From NCBI RefSeq assembly GCF_000008625.1, contig NC_000918.1, positions 720,001 through 752,000 of the forward strand: a stretch of DNA of 32,000 nucleotides, read 5' to 3'. Below, piece after piece: positions 29,630-32,000 of this stretch. The DNA comes from Aquifex aeolicus VF5 (GTDB taxonomy: Bacteria > Aquificota > Aquificia > Aquificales > Aquificaceae). The notes beneath the pieces are model-generated. The model saw nothing but the letters and a program-made list of their open reading frames with translations, was not told where the DNA came from and did not search any database. The translations under genes were made by a program, and so were the position numbers. The stretch's first letter is position 1, and every line of letters begins with the position of its first letter.

Positions 29630-32000
29630 ATGGATAAAATTACATTTGATACGTTTTCACCTTTTTACAATATACTTTTACTGGTACACAATAAAATTGC
29701 AGATCTAATAAAAAATGAAATCGTAAATTTCTCAAAGTTGGAAGTAAAATTCCACACTTTAAACTCCGAAATAGATGAAGAAACTTTATACAGATTAACA
29801 GATTTAATAATAGCAGACAAATCAACTAAAGAAGAGTATTTAATAAAAGGAATACATGAAAATATACCAATAATTTTTATAGGTGATGATGAAAATTTAA
29901 AACCTTATATAAGTGTAGCGTTTAATACAAATGAATTGAAAGAACTTGCAGGGTTCGTGAGGTTAATTCAAATAAACAGGAGGTTAAGGAGGGCAATAAT
30001 AGAATCACAAAGAGAGAACCTGAAAATAAACGAGGACGGTATAAAAATACAAATAGAAGGATCTTTTGATAGTTCTTATAGCTTGGCTATAGTAAATAGG
30101 GAAATAGCAAGAGCTTTAAATAAATTATTTCCCGGTAAAGTTGCCCTTTATTCTACGGATGGGTACGGAGATTTTGAACCTAATGTGGAATTTTTAAAAC
30201 GGGATAAAGAAGTATACGAAATGTGGGAACGTTCCTCAAAAGGATATCATGCGGAAATAGTTATGAGAAATCCTTACCCCCCAAGGATATACGATATGAA
30301 AGGGGTTATAAACAGTATGACTTCCTACGGATGGGAGGAATCAGAATACCCTAAAGAATATCTTGAAGATTTCAATATATATTTGGACCTTCTGCCCGTT
30401 ACGTCACCTTATGTTGAAAAAGTTATGATTGATAACGGAATAGCCATACCGGTGTTTACGGTAGGACTAGGAGCGGATCACGTTTTGAGGTTAAAACCGG
30501 AGCCCTATCCCTTAAAGACAAAAAAAAGATTTAAGTTCCTTCACGTATCCTCCTGTTTTCCCAGAAAAGGTGTAGATATACTTTTAGACGCTTACACTTC
30601 CGTTTTTTCTGGAGATGATGATGTTGTATTAATTATAAAAACATTTCCAAATCCCCATAATAATGTAGAAGAACTTATAAAAAAGTACACGAAAGATAAA
30701 GAAAATCCGCCTAAGATTGAATTGATAAATAAAGATATACCTTACGAACAACTTGTTTATTTATACCAAGTGTGCAATTGTGTTGTACTCCCTTCAAGAG
30801 GGGAAGGTTTTGGACTTCCGGCAGCTGAAGCAATGCTTTTTAAAAAACCTGTTATAGTTACGAATTACGGGGGGTTTAAGTACTTTTGCAATGATAACAA
30901 TGCTTGGCTCATAGATTACAAGTTTGCAAAGGCAAAAACCCATATGAATTTACCTCTCTCATACTGGGTAGAACCGTCTAAAGAAGAATTAATGGAAAAA
31001 CTAAAGGAGATTTATACAGCTCCAGAAGAAGAAATAGCTCAGAAAACGGAGAGAGCTTATAAGGATATTATCGAAAATTTCACTTGGGATAAAACTGTTA
31101 AAAGACTAATGAGCGCAATAGAAAAGACTAAAAAGTTACCAGTTTTCTTAAAAAATGATATTAAGGTTGGAGTGATTAGTTCGTGGAATACCAGGTGTGG
31201 TATAGCTCAATATTCTGAGTTTCTCGTAGAAAACCTCTCAAGAGATATAGAAGTAAGAATCGTAGCTCCAAAAGTGCCGGAAAAAGAAATAATAAATTCA
31301 TCAAAAGAAAGCAAAAATGTTAGAAGAGTTTGGAAAAGGGTGGATAATGATCGTGATATTTCAAATATAATTGAAGAATTAAAGGATGTGGACGCCGTTG
31401 TGATACAACATCACTTTGCATACTTTGACACTAATTATTTAGGTAAACTTATAAAAGCTTTAAAGGAAAAAAGAAAGAAGGTGTTTATAACTTTTCACTC
31501 TCTTTCAGCCCCTCCTCATCAGGATCTTAGAAATATAAAAGAAAATTTAGCAAAATTGGAAAGGATTTTTGTACATTCTATAAATGATTTGAATAAATTA
31601 AAGGATAAAGGTTTAATCGAAAATGTTGCTCTTTTCCCTCACGGGGTAAATCAAGTGAAAGTAGATCACGAAACTATAAGGAACTTAAAAAGAACATACG
31701 GACTAGAGGGAAAATTTATAATAGGAACTTTTGGATACTTAAGAAAACACAAGGGTGTTAAAGAGTTAATAGAAGCATTTACTCTTTTAAGAAAAGAATT
31801 TCCTGAAGTACACCTGCTCTTATTGACGTCCCTTTATCCCTCTCAGGATTCCGTTGAGTATTTTGAGGAGTGTAAAGCTTACATAGTAAATAAAGGATTG
31901 GTTAATGACGTTACCTTTATTACGGAATATATACCTGAAGAGGACATTTATTCTTACATAAGTCTTATGGATGTCGTAGTTTACCCTTATCAATTCACAG
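29630..32000 (+). CDS. Large multidomain glycosyltransferase: N-terminal unknown/receiver-like module plus two GT4 (glycos_transf_1) modules; 3' end outside window
   Basis: Not in the ORF track because there is no stop in the window. I translated the frame from ATG 29630 (SD AAGGAGGAG) and found it open to base 32000. GT4 hallmarks: FLHVSSCFPRKGVDILLDAY..., VVLPSRGEGFGLPAAEAMLFKKPVI. A second module starts near 31160 (IKVGVISSWNTRCGIAQYS...GTFGYLRKHKGVKELIEAF). Confidence 0.75.
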   Translation, partial: MDKITFDTFSPFYNILLLVHNKIADLIKNEIVNFSKLEVKFHTLNSEIDEETLYRLTDLIIADKSTKEEYLIKGIHENIPIIFIGDDENLKPYISVAFNTNELKELAGFVRLIQINRRLRRAIIESQRENLKINEDGIKIQIEGSFDSSYSLAIVNREIARALNKLFPGKVALYSTDGYGDFEPNVEFLKRDKEVYEMWERSSKGYHAEIVMRNPYPPRIYDMKGVINSMTSYGWEESEYPKEYLEDFNIYLDLLPVTSPYVEKVMIDNGIAIPVFTVGLGADHVLRLKPEPYPLKTKKRFKFLHVSSCFPRKGVDILLDAYTSVFSGDDDVVLIIKTFPNPHNNVEELIKKYTKDKENPPKIELINKDIPYEQLVYLYQVCNCVVLPSRGEGFGLPAAEAMLFKKPVIVTNYGGFKYFCNDNNAWLIDYKFAKAKTHMNLPLSYWVEPSKEELMEKLKEIYTAPEEEIAQKTERAYKDIIENFTWDKTVKRLMSAIEKTKKLPVFLKNDIKVGVISSWNTRCGIAQYSEFLVENLSRDIEVRIVAPKVPEKEIINSSKESKNVRRVWKRVDNDRDISNIIEELKDVDAVVIQHHFAYFDTNYLGKLIKALKEKRKKVFITFHSLSAPPHQDLRNIKENLAKLERIFVHSINDLNKLKDKGLIENVALFPHGVNQVKVDHETIRNLKRTYGLEGKFIIGTFGYLRKHKGVKELIEAFTLLRKEFPEVHLLLLTSLYPSQDSVEYFEECKAYIVNKGLVNDVTFITEYIPEEDIYSYISLMDVVVYPYQFT

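Noticed and set aside
30520-30527. An A8 run inside the glycosyltransferase gene as a second phase-variation tract.
   Set aside because: The gene is in frame across it (AAG ACA AAA AAA AGA). Lys-codon A-runs are common in this A+T-rich, Lys-rich coding sequence, and there is no evidence of a frame break.

Overview
The window is a compact, almost fully coding bacterial chromosome segment. Proteins are rich in K/E/R, internal genes have strong GGAGG ribosome-binding sites, and gene content resembles Aquifex/Aquificales; this is from memory and not verifiable here. Left to right: a LysR regulator tail, then a tightly packed formate dehydrogenase unit. That unit holds fdoG with an in-frame TGA selenocysteine codon and SECIS hairpin, fdoH, fdoI, a Cu,Zn-SOD, fdhE and a GcvH-like lipoyl-domain protein with an RR leader. 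tRNA-Sec sits 2 nt after the GcvH-like stop, and a NifS-like desulfurase starts 10 nt after the tRNA. Next come a decayed IS6-like transposase relic, a metallophosphoesterase, an orphan pstB behind a tRNA-Val, pncB and rimM. A TetR-controlled OMF-MFP-MFS efflux operon with an 18-bp perfect palindrome operator follows, then gap, miaA and an unannotated DUF4258-like/DUF2283 toxin-antitoxin-like pair whose toxin carries an in-frame TGA. The rest is nfu, cysS, galE, mqnA, proA, two unknown proteins, a CDF transporter, a secreted rhodanese, and an A+T-rich polysaccharide island. That island holds an acyltransferase-3 gene frameshifted at a T7 run, a DUF4214-methyltransferase and a large tandem GT4 glycosyltransferase running off the window. 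The best candidate for something undescribed is the selenium module: selenoprotein, its tRNA, a likely Se/S-mobilising lyase and a possibly Tat-exported lipoyl protein. No CRISPR array or rRNA was seen.
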